The notes: generated by a model not told the origin, from the letters alone. Positions 23,561 through 37,655 are shown, numbered from the stretch's first letter. The stretch: 64,000 nt of DNA from Selaginella moellendorffii (GCF_000143415.4 NW_003314262.1:5020389-5084388); one strand, 5' to 3'. Program-made: numbers and translations.

Positions 23561-25143
23561 TTGGAGCTGGCGCCACTGGGATCCAGATGGTGTGGATCAT
23601 CCCCGGCTCCCAGCTTGGAGCTGTGGCCTAGTGGAAATGTATATTTTATTTTGTACTTTTAGATACTTAAAAATAATTGAAAAATAATATACTAGAACAA
23701 TCTTTAATTTATGGCATGCAAATCCAAATAAACAAATGGGGCCCACCCTAAATAAAATGGTTGTGCATTCTACTTAATATATCTTTCTTGCAGCGCTTCC
23801 ACTGGTTTGTCCGGCATGCATTTTGTGCAGGCCTCCTGTACCCTAAAACCTCCATGGCTAAGATCTCTCTGATTTGCATCTCAAACATAGCGGTATCCTT
23901 GTTAGCCAGCTTAGGAAAAAAGCAACAGCAGATGCCCCCACAGACTTTGCAAGCAGCACCTCACCATCTCTGATTAGGGAACCAAGAACCCTAAAGCATT
24001 TTATACTGTCCAGCGGCAAAGGGGCAACTGATCGGTACGAAATGTGAAATATGGAGCCGAAATCAATCAAGAGCGTCTCATGATGCCTTCTTTGTGGCAG
24101 CCAGAAGAAGCTTGGCAGCACACAAGAATACTTTTGAGCATGGCTGGCCACCTGTTCATGACACCAAAGTTCCTCGAGATACTCTGCCAATCGTTCAAAC
24201 CTCCACACAAAAAATTTCCATGCATGTTTTTAGACATTCCCAAGATTCTGGGTTTCTAATTTCTGGTTCCGTGCTCCACAAACATTTGATGTTGCTCTTC
24301 ACCTTTAATAGCTTACAACCTCGACATAGAAACCACAGACATCTTATTGTTCCGGGTAGCACCCATGACAGTTACCAAGATTTCGTTGAAGGGTTTAAGT
24401 TACAAGATTGGAGTTGCCATTCTTGATGATGGTATGGGTTTGTTTACATAAGTTTGCATGAATGAAATCTCCTATCTTTGTGTGATTGATCTTTCCATCA
24501 AGTGAGTAGTAAAATACATTAATGCCTTTGTGGAGTGGGAAAAGGAAAGTATGAGTCTGTGTGAGAGATTTTAGAGTTTTTTTTGTTCTTGGGGTAGTCA
24601 CTCTTACAATTTATCCTTTAATATATGCAAAAAGGGTTTCTTAAATAACATGCCTAAACGCAATAAACCAAATCTATACATAATGTGAGAAATTGATAAA
24701 GTTAATATTTTACCATAAGAACAACATAATCCACTTGCTTATAAAAACTATTACACTCAATGCCCACTTTTGCACTTGCCTCCACACTCCAATCATTTGT
24801 AATTACCTTTTCACCAATTGATTGTTAACTAAATTAAGTGTGAGAAATGACACTTGTGGGAGCGATCGATGCACCATGCTTTACATTAATGTATTGCAAT
24901 CAAAATATATTTCTAACCCACAAGAAATGAGGTAAAACTGCATGAAATGAAAAATAAATGTATTTGACATCATGTTGTTTGAGATCACATGGCATCAAGT
25001 CTTGAGTGAGTTTGATGTCTACATGGCATATCTCATGACAAAAATATTATATATACAATCACATTTTAATTGATTTTATAGCCAATTAAAAATTTATTTT
25101 ATAAATTATTTTAAAAATCAATTAAAAGTGATTTGTGTGCATA

Positions 25144-25175
<32 letters not shown>

Positions 25176-25869
25176 ACACTCCCAATGTGCAATCACATAT
25201 TCATAGTTATACCATTTGCCTTTTTCCATTCTATTATCTACACAACCATCCTTATTTGCAGCAATTACCAAACTTTGTGTATTAGTAATTTTTTCCCCTC
25301 CAAATAAGTTCAACTATTCCATCTAACATTTGGAAAGGTACTTTATACCATACTCAAAGTACCCACTTGTATCAAAAGCATTTGTAGACACAATATCCCT
25401 TATATCTAAAGTCACAGATATTTTTATCTTTACAATGAAAATTATCTATAGTAATAGTTAAATTTGAAGAAATTGTTTTTTCCTCAAAACAAATGTTTGT
25501 GTAGCACCAACAAGGAATTTTATCTTTCCCTTGCAAAACTAAGTGATTATATGCTCCACAAGTCACTGTACCTTTCATTGTGATAAGAGATATGTTTCAA
25601 GTCACTGCAGCACCTGTTTAGGTATGGAACCATACACTCAATCCTAGCTGCAACTTCTTTATTCTCTTTCAAAACTTTCCTCATCTAGAACTGTAAAAGT
25701 CTTCTTCCCAAAACATCTTTGCATAGAAATGGTATCACCCATCAGCTCGTTTTCCACATGACATTTCCTTCACTGCCTACTAGTGATGTACACATCACAT
25801 CTCCCCTCCAAGCATTCTTCACAATACGCTGATCGCATGCTTTAGACTTAACATCCATCAAGATCTGTG

Positions 25870-26010
25870 GGCCGTCGAAAGCTGTGCAAAAGCTGCTCCT
25901 GGTCCAGGAAAGATGCCACTGCGCAAGGACTGACTGTCACTCTTGATTCTATTGACAGGATGACCAAGTCCAGCCCAGTGGATGAAATTTTATATCAGCC
26001 AGAAGTTCTT
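25870..26010. pseudogene. NERD gene fragment, part direct and part inverted
   Basis: 25896-25928 matches 27039-27073 directly; ~25935-26009 is the reverse complement of ~27076-27155. Confidence 0.75.
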
Positions 26011-26375
26011 AAACAACAAAACAAAGAAAAAGGTCATCATTGACTATTGGTGGGATCCAACGTTTTGTGTCAGCTTGGTGGTGGTGGATCCATTCATGAT
26101 CATCCAAAAGCTCTTGATGGTGGATTCATTCATCAAAGTTACGGTTCCTAGATCACGACTCATGAGGGTTGAAAGTCTGAGGTTGAATCAAACTTCTCAA
26201 CTGGATCTGCCTTCCCCCTTTTGTTAGATTTGATGGATGAAGATGGGCAGCTTTTCCAGCGATTTGGGATCCAGGCCGAAGTGTCTGTCTTCTTGCTTTC
26301 ACCAGAAAAGAGAACCAAGACACTGGGACGATTGCAAGAAAAACTATTCTCGCTATATACTACAACGCAACACTA

Positions 26376-27805
26376 TCAAACGCTCAAAGACAAGCCGGAG
26401 ACACTGTTTACCAGGAAGCTCTCGGGTTTGCTGCTCCCAACAACGCGGAAAACTATCTCCAAATCCGGCCTCACTCTCGCCTCAAAGACTTGCTGGGCAT
26501 GCTTCCTCTTCAAGAATCCTCCAGCTTCTCTCACATCTCTCGCCGTGCATAAGAGCTTCACTTCCATGTTCATCCCAAATAGAAATCCTGCCACAGTGAG
26601 ATAAAACTGTTAGCTCTAGAAACTCGATCTACAAAGCCAAGAAAACTTGACGCTAGAAAATCTTCTAGAGAAATGGAAAGAGGTAAAAAACCAATCCAGA
26701 GCGTACCAATTGTGTTTCGCAGCCAACTCCTTACGTGCTGCATCTCAATATAGCAAGTGTTGGAACGCTTCACGTTTTGCAAGGCAAGCATGTCCTCGGG
26801 CCGGCCCCTGAAATACATGAAGTCTCCCACAGCAATCCCGCCTCCCTCGAGATACAATCTTGAAACAGGTAAAACTTTCGTGTTAGAAAAACCATATGAA
26901 AACAAGTAGAAGAAGGGAAATTATTTCTTACTTGTCCCAAGTTGGCGCGGTGCTGAGGATGTACTTGAGCTGCTCGTGTGTCGTGTCCTTGCCGTTCAAA
27001 GTCGTCAAGATACTCCTGAACCAGCTCTCCTGGCTCACCTCCTGGTCCAGGAAAGATTGCCACTGCTCCGAGGTGAGAACTTCTGGCTGATACAAAATTT
27101 CATCCACTGGGCTGGATTCGGCCCGTCAATCAAAAGCTAGGATCAAAGAGTGAAAGTACCTGCAGTCTGGATTGATCAAAAAGACTTTATAGTCGATAAA
27201 ATCCGTGGGGAGTTTGACACCCCTTCTCGCAATGTATGCCTCGAGCAGTGATGCGCGGAACTTGGTGTCCTCAACCTACGCATAATAGAGTTTAGTGTAA
27301 GAAAACTTGTCCAAGTGAAAAAGAAAAACCAAAGAACTTACAACATCTGGCAGTGTATGCGTGGTGCCATTTCTCCTAATCTGACACCAGCTCCCATCGC
27401 GCTGGATTTTCACAGTCCCAGCCCAGTTTTTCACTTCAATCACATAAATCTTCCTGGAAAGAGATCAAGTCATCAAAGAAGCAACAAAGAAAAACTTTAC
27501 TTTTTGGTGAGTATGACCAGATCAATCTCTCTCCGACCCTTGCGCTCGCTGTCAGGCACCCGCAGCGACTGGAAGACCAGCGCGCCAGACACGCCTTGGA
27601 ATCTACATGCGCGCCGTGAAGAACGATCCACAACAAAAAAGAAAAAGAATCTCACTCACAGCAGCGCTACTTCGAGCTCGCCTAGCCGCCCCGCCCTGTC
27701 CGATTCGTTCTCGGATTCCCTCTGGGGCCGGGACACATCGCGAATCTGCCGGACCCCAGCCAGCAAATGGATCGCTGTGGCCGCCAAAGTGCGCAGAACT
27801 TCCAT
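26376..27805 (-). CDS. NERD (nuclease-related domain) protein, about 7 exons
   Basis: Manually spliced: AGRLGELEV, REIDLVILTK, IYVIEVKNWAG, ASLLEAYIARRGV, YILSTAPTWD; GT-AG introns. Confidence 0.85.
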
Positions 27806-28283
27806 GAAAATATCTCCACATTGCAAGAACCCTAAAATCCAGGCGGGCTCGACGTTTGGAATTCGAGCCCGGGACCTCTAGAGCTCCAATCACTGTTGGG
27901 CACGTGTCGAAGCTACCAGCCCAATTGGCAGTACACGGTTAGCTCATTTTTGTGTAATCTGGACTCTTCCGCCACGTGGCAGAATCATCATTTGTCCCCG
28001 TTCACACGGCTATCTGGGCCCCGAAACTTATCATACTGGCGAGCGCTTAAGCGTAATATAATCGGATTTTCCGTTCTTCGTTCTCCCTTGTGGCGTCCTC
28101 CGGCTAGGGCGCTGTGGATTGCGAGGGCGCGCCCGTCGCGGCTAGTGCACAGGCCGGGCATAATGCGATCCAGAAGTGGCTAGGCGATCGCGCGAGTTTC
28201 TTGGTCGATCAATCCACAAGGTATTAGGGTTCTAGCGCAGATTGCTCTAGGCGGTGTTAATTGGAATTTTCTTAGCAGAAGCT

Positions 28284-30211
28284 ATGGCGGATCATAGTCC
28301 GCCGCCTGTGGCGGGAGAGATCGACACAACTGCGCCGTTTGAATCTGTCAAGGCCGCCGTGAATCTCTTTGGGGAGATCGCCGATTCTAAAGCTTTGAAG
28401 TTTCCTAGTGCCGAGGTACTCGCTTAGATTTTTTTCTCTTTTTTCTTCGTGTGATCTGATAAATTCTCTGTTTTTCTTCTCAGAAGCGCGCATCGCTGGA
28501 GCTCCAGCAGCTTCGCGAGAATTTGGCGGCGACCAGACAGCAGCTCTCTCAAGCGCAAACGTCCAAAAACGCTCTTTTCCAGGAGCTGCTAGAGACCAAG
28601 CGCCTTGTCGAGTTTAAAACTTCTCAGCTCGCCAACGTTTTATCGTCCAAGCCGTCGAGTTCAGAGGTCGTCCGCCAGGCGGAAGAAACGTACACGCAGA
28701 TCGATGCTGTGTCAAATGTTGTCCAGGAGAAATACGAGGAGGCAGTCGCGAATTTGGCCACCACGGAAATGGAGGTTGAAAGGCTAAATGCTGAGATAGA
28801 GAGCTCGGTGGCTGCGCTGGAGGAGCAGCAGCAAGGCCATCAAGGTGAAGAGAAAAACTCGTTTTTGGCAGAGAACGCAACAGAACCTCCACAAATCGTA
28901 GATAACACGGAGGGGCTTAAGAACGAGCTAGCTGCGACAAAAGAGTCCGAAGAGAAGCTGCTGGAGGAGATCGCCGGCTTGAGATCCAAACTCGACAAGG
29001 CGAAAGCCGAGGTAGAAGAAGCTCGGGTTTCAGAGACGAAGGCTACGAAAGCTGCAGGCGACGCGGCTCAGGAGCTCGCAAATTTGAGATCGAAACTAGA
29101 CACTTTGGTGGAGGAGAAGAACACGCTCGCCGCTCTTTCCGAGTCGCTGCGAGACCAGCTCGTCAAGGCAAAGATGGAGCTGGAAGCTCTCAAAGACGCT
29201 GCCGAGTCCGAGGCCCTGCCTTCGTCAAGCGCCGCGGCGGAGCTGCAAAAGGTCCGAACCGAGCTCGCAGCACTGGTTGCGCTGGAGGCCAAGGCAAAAG
29301 ACACAATCGCTGGAGTTTCACAGGCTTTACAAAAGGTGACGTTTGAAGCGGACGAGTCCCGGCTAGCCGCCGAGGCCGCTCTGGAGGAAGCCCACAAAGC
29401 AAAGCAGGAGCTCGAGGAGGCCAAAGCTGCGGCATTTACAGCCGAGAGCCGGCTCGAGGCAGCGACGAGGGAGGCTGCGGCTGCCAAGGCCGGCGAAAGC
29501 ATGGCTCTCGCTGAACTAAAGATGCTCTACGAGAAGAAATCATCGGTGGAAGATATCAGCTCTCCCAGCGACAAGGAGGCGCTCGGCAAATCAAAGAAAG
29601 AGTGTGACAACCTCCGGAAAAGGCTCCAGGAGGCGGAGGAACTGGCGGAGATGAAAGTAGCGGCGGCGCTGGCCAAAGTTGACGCTGCAAAGGCGAGCGA
29701 GCGGGAGATCCGAGCGAAGCTGGAGGCCGTCCGGGGCGAAGTCGAGACGAACAGATCGATGGCGAAGCAGGCGCTCCACCGCGCCGAGACGGCCGAGGCA
29801 GCGAAGTCGGCGATAGAGAACGAACTGAGAAGAAGACGCAGGCCCGCGGACCACTCCACTGGAGTGGCTTCGTCGACGACGTACAGAGGAGGATCTCCCT
29901 TGCAAGCCGGAGCGACGGTGCAAACTCCGGACCGAAGGATGGAGCCGCTACACCATCACACGATGGCGAGGAGGAGCTTGGACTACACCGCGACCGATCA
30001 CAGCTTCGTCTCGGCGGACGTCTCGGCCGAGTCCATCGCGCAGCTCCTCCAGCTCAAAGTTTCGCCGCTCAAGACGTCGCTGCCGATCGCGGAGAATCCC
30101 GAGAAGTCGGACAAGTCGGAGAAGAAGAAGAAGAGCAAGCCGTTTATGAAGCTGGGATCTTACTTGAGCAGGAGGAAGAGCTCAGTTGGATCCACTTCTC
30201 CCAGGATGTGA
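28284..30211 (+). CDS. WEB family (DUF827) coiled-coil protein, 2 exons
   Basis: Exon 1 GEIDTTAPFESVKAAVNLFGE signature, long coiled coil, AEAAKSAIENELRR. Confidence 0.9.
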
Positions 30212-30550
30212 GCGAGCGAGCTCGCGAGATCGCGCGCATTGGGGTGGAGTGGAGAGATTTTGGTCGCGGCTTCCCACAAGTTTGGAAGAAAGACAAAGGA
30301 GCGCTTCCGAGAAGCTTGGAAGAACAAAGATTTGCCAAAAGCGCGAAGAAAAACTACACACACAAAGTTACAAACTAAGAAAATGTGGAGGTAATGTATT
30401 AAATTTTTTGGTGTTGTTGTATTGCTGTGAATAAATCTAAACCATGGAATAGATCGAGACACGTGGGTGGCCAGTATTATTTCGTGGCGGATGAGGAGGG
30501 AAAAACATATTTTAGGGCTCTTCCACTTCCAGCTCGTGATCTCGCGAGCA

Positions 30551-31589
30551 ATGACGCTCATCAATCTCTTCAGGAGGTACGAGCGCTGGAATCCCGTGCA
30601 TCCCACGTATGGCGCCTTCTGGGGGATTGGATTCGGGCTGGGCTGCGGCGTGGGATGGGGGCCGGGATTCGGCCCCGAGGTCATTGGCTATGTCGGCTCT
30701 GGATGCGGCGTGGGGATCAGCGTGGGAGTGACAATGGTGGGAGTTGGAGTTGGGCTTCCCGCTGGCGGCCTCGCTTGCGTCCCTTCCGACGGTATGTTCT
30801 TGGTTTTCAGCTCAATTTCTCGATCTAGTTTGCTAGAATTCCTGCATTTTCTGCCTAGCTCTATCCTTCCACAAGGAAAGTGCCTGTTTGAGCTCGATTT
30901 CTCTGCCTTGCTAGTAAGAATCTCCCACGAGAAAGAAAGGCCGGATCTCCAATCTCCGAGAAACTCGTGTTTCTCTCAGGAAAGATTGGAGCTGGAGCTT
31001 TGATACAATCCCTGCCTTACTTTTTTCTTTGGCTCTTGATTCTTTGCAGATGTCTCGTAGGAAAAGTCCTAGTTTTCATGACGATACTGCTCATCTAGGT
31101 GGATGCTTGTGTGTGAGTTACTCTTAAATTTCGGTGAAATCAGTGTTTCTTCCTTTTTGTGCTTCCATGTGTTTGATGATCGCTTGTACGCTAACGTTTA
31201 CCAGTCATTTCCTGCTTTTGGGCTTCTAGAGTTCTCACTCATGCCTTTTCTTCTTTGCAGTGGTCTCATACGCGGGTCACGGGATCATGGATTTCACAAA
31301 GTCGACCGCAGCTCCAGCAGCATCGATCGCTGTAAAGCGGGGATGGAGTGCGTTGTGTCTGCACATAGGAACAGCTCTAGAGCGAGGTCGACTCGGGCAT
31401 TCCAGTCGCAAGAGCTACAGTCTCGATGAGTTCCAAAGGCAATCACTGGTGGCCCTGAGGCAAGGCTGGGATTCATTCAGTGGCAAAGTCCGGAGTGCCG
31501 GATTGTCTCGCTTGCGGCCATGCAATGCCGGTCTCTTGCAGAGCGATTCTAATAGTAACCAGAGTGAGAGACCGCCTCCACCATCTTAG
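30551..31589 (+). CDS. cadmium-induced protein AS8-like glycine-rich protein
   Basis: FRRYERWNPVHPTYGAFWGIGFGLGCGVGWGPGFGPEVIGYVG; second exon from ~31261. Confidence 0.85.
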
Positions 31590-31939
31590 TGCTTCTTCTT
31601 GAGTTGATAGGATTGATTGCTAACTTCGGTTTTGTACGTAAGCTGTTCCATTTTCCTGTAAATAATAATATTAGAATTAGTGATTTTGTTTTTATTCGAA
31701 GAACTGACGTTATGGCGAATAATCAGCGAGGACGATCAAGACAAAGAAAGCAATTGATTGAGCAAAGCAGTGATTGGCTCTTGCTCGAGCTTCAAGTTCT
31801 CGTCGGTCGCGTAAACCACGCAAGCCTGAGCCTTGGAATGAAAAATTTGCGAAAGATTGTCAATGGTGTTTGGAAATAAGTAATTACAGTTTTATAACTT
31901 AAAAACTGACTCCCATGACAAGCCGAGGAGAAAGAAGAC

Positions 31940-32060
31940 GAGGTGATTGCTTTTGTTCAGTTCCACTGCTTGAGAAGGCAAATCTTTGTCCTCCGTCGTG
32001 AAAATGCTGGATGGATTGGAAGAAGTTCCACTGTCGCCCAAGCTCTTCCACAATTCCGAT
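31940..32060 (+). pseudogene. receptor-like kinase C-terminal remnant
   Basis: SSVVKMLDGLEEVPLSP resembles kinase subdomain XI tails; no upstream kinase body. Confidence 0.45.
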
Positions 32061-32364
32061 GAAGATCACTCCTGGAGAAAAGGTTCTTTATGTACTCTCC
32101 AAACAGGCAAGATTTGTAGGCTGCTGGATGCTCCGAGTCTACAAACTTGTGAATCGGAGAGACTAGAATATTACGAGCTGGATTGCGTGGTGTGCCTCAA
32201 ATCCAAACGTGGCACTGTTATCACTGGAGCTACCAAAGAAAGCCACATCAAAGCTTAGATCTTTCTTCTTTTTTTTTCCAGCTTGTCGAGAACGTGAAGG
32301 CGCTGGACGAGCTCTATTGGTGATAGAGGTCATGAAAATTCCTGGTAAATAAAAAACTAGAAGT

Positions 32365-32446
32365 CGTCGCCTGAGAGATTCGAACTCTCGCGGGGAAACC
32401 CCATGTACTTAGCAGGCACACGCCTTAACCACTCGGCCAAAGCGAC
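32365..32446 (-). tRNA. tRNA-Ser(GCT)
   Basis: GTCGCTT acceptor, TGGCCGAGTGG A-box, CT-GCT-AA anticodon loop, long variable arm, GTTCGAATC, downstream T6 terminator. Confidence 0.97.
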
Positions 32447-32979
32447 ACTTGATCAGAAAGTCCTTCCACTGTAAACAATCGTCTCGTCCTTTTTATCTTC
32501 AAATTCTCATGATCGGGTAGTTTTTCTGTGATATAGCCCCTATAATGTCCAGGTTCGTTTCCATTGCACAAGAAAAATCGATTAGCACTTTGAATCATCA
32601 TATGACTTCAATCATGTTGGAACAAATGCTCTCAAAAAGCTGAATCTCACAGAAAAGAGAGTTTACCTTTGACTTGTGAGAAAGCCAGTGTGTCCATTGG
32701 TTTGTAAGGGTGTGCTCATGTTTGGAATGTCCCTATTTGGTCTTTGTTTCTCATACTAGTCCGAGAGCTTTCTCTCGGGTGGAGGCAGCAATCCATCTTC
32801 ATCCTCTTGCCGTCCTTGGCGAGTGTTAGTGAAGAACTTCTTACGAACCTCACGTGGAATAGTTAATCTAGAAGCGTAAAAACTTTACCGTGTAACCTTA
32901 GCTGACTAGCTCTAGAAGACAGGGTTTGAGAAAAGCTTTTTATACACATTTTGTGTTTTTCCATTCAATTGCTGTAAGC

Positions 32980-33730
32980 GTAGGCTACTATGATCCCCAC
33001 TGAGGTCATTTCCGTTTTGAGCATAAGCCGCGATCAGCGTTCCAGGCCACCAGGAGCTGGCTAGAAGACATAAAAGCAGCGTCAACCTGGTTGCGAGGTT
33101 AGCCCCAAGCATCGAGCAAGCAGCAAGAGCTCCAGCGCAAGTCCGGTTTGATCCCTGCGGAGCTCATCTCCCTGTATAGCCGAATCACTTCCGAGCTAGC
33201 TGGGCGTAAGCTGCCAGCATCGCGTTCCAGCAGTTTGCGCTGGGCTGACTTGCCTGAAAACTAGGCACGTGAGATCCAGCCTCCTGCACCTTGCGGACAT
33301 GGAGACTAGCGCAGCCTCCATAGAGTATGACTATACCTGTCTCCCCTAGGTCTGGACTCCTTCCATGATCATCAGCCGGTAGAGCGTCACCACCTTGAAA
33401 GTACGCCTAGATCAAAATCCATCCTCCAAATCCCTGAGCTCCAAACAGGCACTTGACAAGTGTTCCACACCTTGACCACCTTTGCATCCTTGTAGAAAAT
33501 CTCACTCGAGCCTGCCACACGTGTTGATGAGTGCCGCCACAGTGAAAGTCGTGTCGCTGGCTTTCAATCCGAAATCCTCGTAGAGATGTCGTTGGTCGAA
33601 TCTGCCCGCCTTGGGCATATGCCGCGATCATCAAGTTCCCTCTATCCGATCGAGGCCTCTCGCAACCTCCCAGCGCGAATACATCTTCACGAACCCAACG
33701 TCCACAACTATCCCGGAACCCGGTACCATC
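32980..33730 (-). pseudogene. PLS-type PPR gene debris
   Basis: Repeated LIAAYAQNG, WNAMLAAYAQ and WNLMIAAYAQGG motifs in broken frames. Confidence 0.75.
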
Positions 33731-34001
33731 AATTCACGAGTCTTTCACTCTATATATAAGCTATTTCTGACTGTGGTGCGTGATTCCTGGAAATCTGAGC
33801 AGATCAATAATTGCTACTTTCCACAGTCTGGGCCTGGATGAAAGCAAAAAAATCTCGTTCCCAAGAAAAGAGAAAGCAGCCCTTGCTCTTCTGTTCTGTC
33901 CCGGTCGCATTCTCCTTCCCAAAGGCGACAACCAGTTGGACTTTCGAAAACGGTGAGAATTTTTTCTGGCTAAGCTCGTTGTCGACAAAATTTTATATAA
34001 T

Positions 34002-35080
34002 TTAACATGCACATTTCTTATCATCCAGCTTGACCTTTTTGGCCATCAAACTTTGCTCTGCTTCTTCCTGATCGCCTCGCCTTCGCTTCAAGCTCGGCTC
34101 CAAAACCATCTTCTTCGTCTCCAGATTAGGCTCGCCACCCCCCTCCACCAAATTAGACAATTTCTGTTGTCGTGCAGAATGCTTGACTACCCATGGATGC
34201 TTCTCAATTTCATGGATTGGCAGCCTCTTTCTCGGGTTCAAGTGGAGCAGCTGGAGAATGAGATCTTTGGCTTCCTCGGTCACATCCGTCCAGTCAAGAG
34301 AACTCAACGGCACATCCTCCCTCCCCATGCATAATGCAATCGTCCCAGACAATATCTCGTACAAGACAATGCCCATGCCCCACACATCTACCATCTCATC
34401 ATACTCATCAGAATTCACCATCTCCGGGGCACTGTACATTTGCGTCCCAGCCAAGTTGCTCATTCTAAATTTTATGCCTGGCCCCTCGCTCAACCAACGC
34501 ACTCCAAAGTCTGCCAATTTTACACTATCGAACTTCTCCTCAAACCCTGTTGTCAGTCTTGATGTCCCTGTGAGCCATGCCCATGTCATGCATTTTTCCC
34601 ACAGTCCTAGCCACATTCTTGATCACCACTGCTGCCTCATGCTCGCTCAGTTTCTTCTTTTTCAACAACACCTCAGTCAACGAGCACTGGCATTGGTCCA
34701 TGAGGAGGAAATAGTGATCTTCGTCCTTGAAAACATCCACTAGTTGAACCACGCCACTCCTCTCTTTACTCTTGGAGAGTTTTGTGAGTACTCTGATCTC
34801 CAATTCAGCTTGGTCTTCAAGAGTAGTCGACTTGCAAGCAAACAATCGACCATCACTCTTACGTTTCACTTTGTACACAATGCCCTCCCCGACCCAATTC
34901 CTTTTCCACCGAGAACAAGTCTCTTATGCTTGCCTGGTTAAACTCCATTGCCTCCATGGATCGCACGAGTGCCCTTTGCTCGTCCATCAATCTCTTTGAT
35001 TCAGTGCTCTCCCGTTCCTGCTCTTGTGGGAGAGGCAGTTTAAGTAACTCATAGAGCTCCTCTTTCACCGAGTAACCCAT
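34002..35080 (-). pseudogene. intronless CAMK/PPCK-like Ser/Thr kinase with two frameshifts
   Basis: ELGRG, FACKS, HRDIK, KLADFG, YSAPE and DVWGMG split over three ORFs; breaks in the Gly loop (~34885) and after HRDIKTDN (~34548). Confidence 0.85.
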
Positions 35081-37655
35081 CTAAGTCGATTCCTTGAAAC
35101 TGAGCGTCAAGCGCCATCCCTTGAAAGTTTCTTTAGCCCTACTCTTGCTTTTTTATAAATTTTTAACTAACATTTTCTTTTATACAAAAAGGCTAGAACA
35201 TGAATCTTCTCACTTTTCTGACCAAATGGTCAAATGCTTAATTTTAGAGCTCGAAGACAATTTTCCTTTAGGAACTTTTCTCCCTTGAATTCCCGTAGAA
35301 CAGTGTCTGACTAAAAGACAGCTGCCAAGGAAATAACGGTGCCTGCGAGCCAAACAATCTCAGTGGCGTTCAAGGAACATGGACCTTTATACTGCAGTGC
35401 TTGCATCTGTTCCAAATCCGCGAGCGCTTCCACTTGAGCCTCCAAACTCCTGCCCTCCCAGAGGGGTTTCTGTGTCTAGGACTATAACAACGGACAAACA
35501 TGAATGACAGTCCAATACCACACTAGCATGTCTTTTAAATCCGAGATGGGTTCAGACGAGAAAGTTCCGTCTCCTAGTCTGGTGTAATTAGATTCGTGCC
35601 TAATTCTGTTTGTTTCGTCAATGCTTGATCATGCTTGATCGATCTTGCTCGATATGGCGATGAGCGACTGCAATGTATTAGTTTTCTGCAACAGTGTATT
35701 GATTTAGCATGATGCAGAAATTAATATTCAAATGCCAAACACCTTTTCAATGTCGTGAATTAGAGAAGCCTCCAGCTTTTACAAATTAGAGATATCACTC
35801 TTAAGCTGCTTGGGCAACGATTTATGATGCGAGCGCGTTGCTGCCAGTTTCGGTAAACACTTGGTTGATCTTCTGATCTATATGCGTGCACCTGTTAAGA
35901 AAAAAAAAAACCAAGTTAAATGCGTAAAAATATTTTTTTAAAAACCATCTCCATTTTCACTATTGTCATGGACTTGAGCTTTAACCGTAGCATGAAACAA
36001 ACAACAAGGTGCTAACCTTCTATAGTGCTGCAACGAATAAAAATTGTGGCGACGTGGGGGTCCAGCAAATTTTATATCCTTCCAATCGTCTATACTTGTC
36101 CAAATGCTTTGTGTCAAACCTCAACTTCTTGAGGAGAAGAACCACATCCGAATAAGATGCTCTGATTTCCACAGAGATATTGTCAGTATCAATTCCAAAC
36201 TGCAAACAAACTTTAAGTTTCCAGAGAGATAGATAGACATTTTTACAGTCACCACAGCGCCCGGGACGCTACTACCTCTATGACTATTTCTTACTCTCCC
36301 TCTCCTCCATCCAAAACGTTGGACACAGTGATCAAGCAATGTATAGCAAGAAGAATCTCGGTGGTAACCAGTTCTCCAAGTTTTCGGGTCCTCAAGGTGT
36401 CCTTCTAAAGGTGTGCATTTTTTTAAAATGCCATCTTGTTGTCCGTATACATGCTCTCTCTCAGAGTTCGAGCCAGTGTTTATTTAGTCGTCTCTGCGGC
36501 TTGTTTCGTCTTGTCTCTCATCTACAAGATTCGTCTCAACACCACATCTTTGATTCCAGAGTTTTTATTTACCTGCTGGAGCATATTTCCTGAGCAGTGC
36601 CTTTCATATCCTGCACAGCGACAATCTCCGAATGAAACGAAGAAGGAGAATAAACAGAAAGAAACAATAAGACTTCACCTCTTTCTTCTGATCAGCTTGG
36701 AGAGGTTTCTAAGCATGATTTCTTCTTGCTTCAGCTGCAAGTTATTTAAAACTAATTACCTTTTATGATATATATAAATTAAGCCTCCTTTTGTGAGTAT
36801 AAAAGATCTCAAAGAACTACTAGGCCTTTCTCATTCTTTTAGTCAGTAAAAGGGCAATGGAGTATAATTGTCAAAGAGATTGTTGAAGAAGTGTAAGAGG
36901 CATGCTGAAGACAATAAAAACAAACTCAAACATCATCAATTTGACATAGAGCATAAGGATTATAAGTCTTCATTCACACCTTTTGACTTGGAGGCAAATT
37001 TGGATTCTTTGTATAAGAAATGATAAAACACCCCAAGAGGAGGCTTCTTAAATGGATGGTCCATATATTATATTATAATAATTAGTGTGTGTGTATGTAT
37101 GTATATATGTATAAATGTATTTATATGTATTTACAGATTTTATATTTTCATTAAAAAACTGAGTAAATTTTAGAAATTATTATATTTATATATTATTACC
37201 AATTTTCATGTTATAAATTATTTAATATTTAAAATAAACCAAACATTAAAAAAATTATTAATATTAACTTTTATATAAAAATATTTAATAATTTACAACT
37301 TATTGTAATTCACTTACAAACTTTATGAGATACAACTATTAAAAAAATATTTCAATTTTAATTTATTATAAGTCTATTAATTTGTAATTTTTATAATAAG
37401 TTATAAACTATAACTTATAACTATAAGGTAGTATTACTGTTTTTTTTTACAAAAATTTTATCAATCAACTATGCCAAACAAATATCTCTTAAATAAAAAT
37501 GTATTTTCTGATGTTTAACTTGTAAATTAATAGTTAAAACACTAAAAATTTATAGGTATATACATTGGTATAATTATATTTATAATATATATAAATAAAT
37601 AAAAATAAAAACTCTTTTTATATTAAAAATTTAATATTTTAATTTTAATTTGTAG

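Noticed and set aside
23760-25860. Short ORFs and AT-rich DNA, possibly transposon or gene remnants
   Set aside because: No recognisable motif or termini
35300-37650. Possible gene or DNA-transposon remnants and very AT-rich tract
   Set aside because: No assignable domain, TIRs or Helitron ends found by eye
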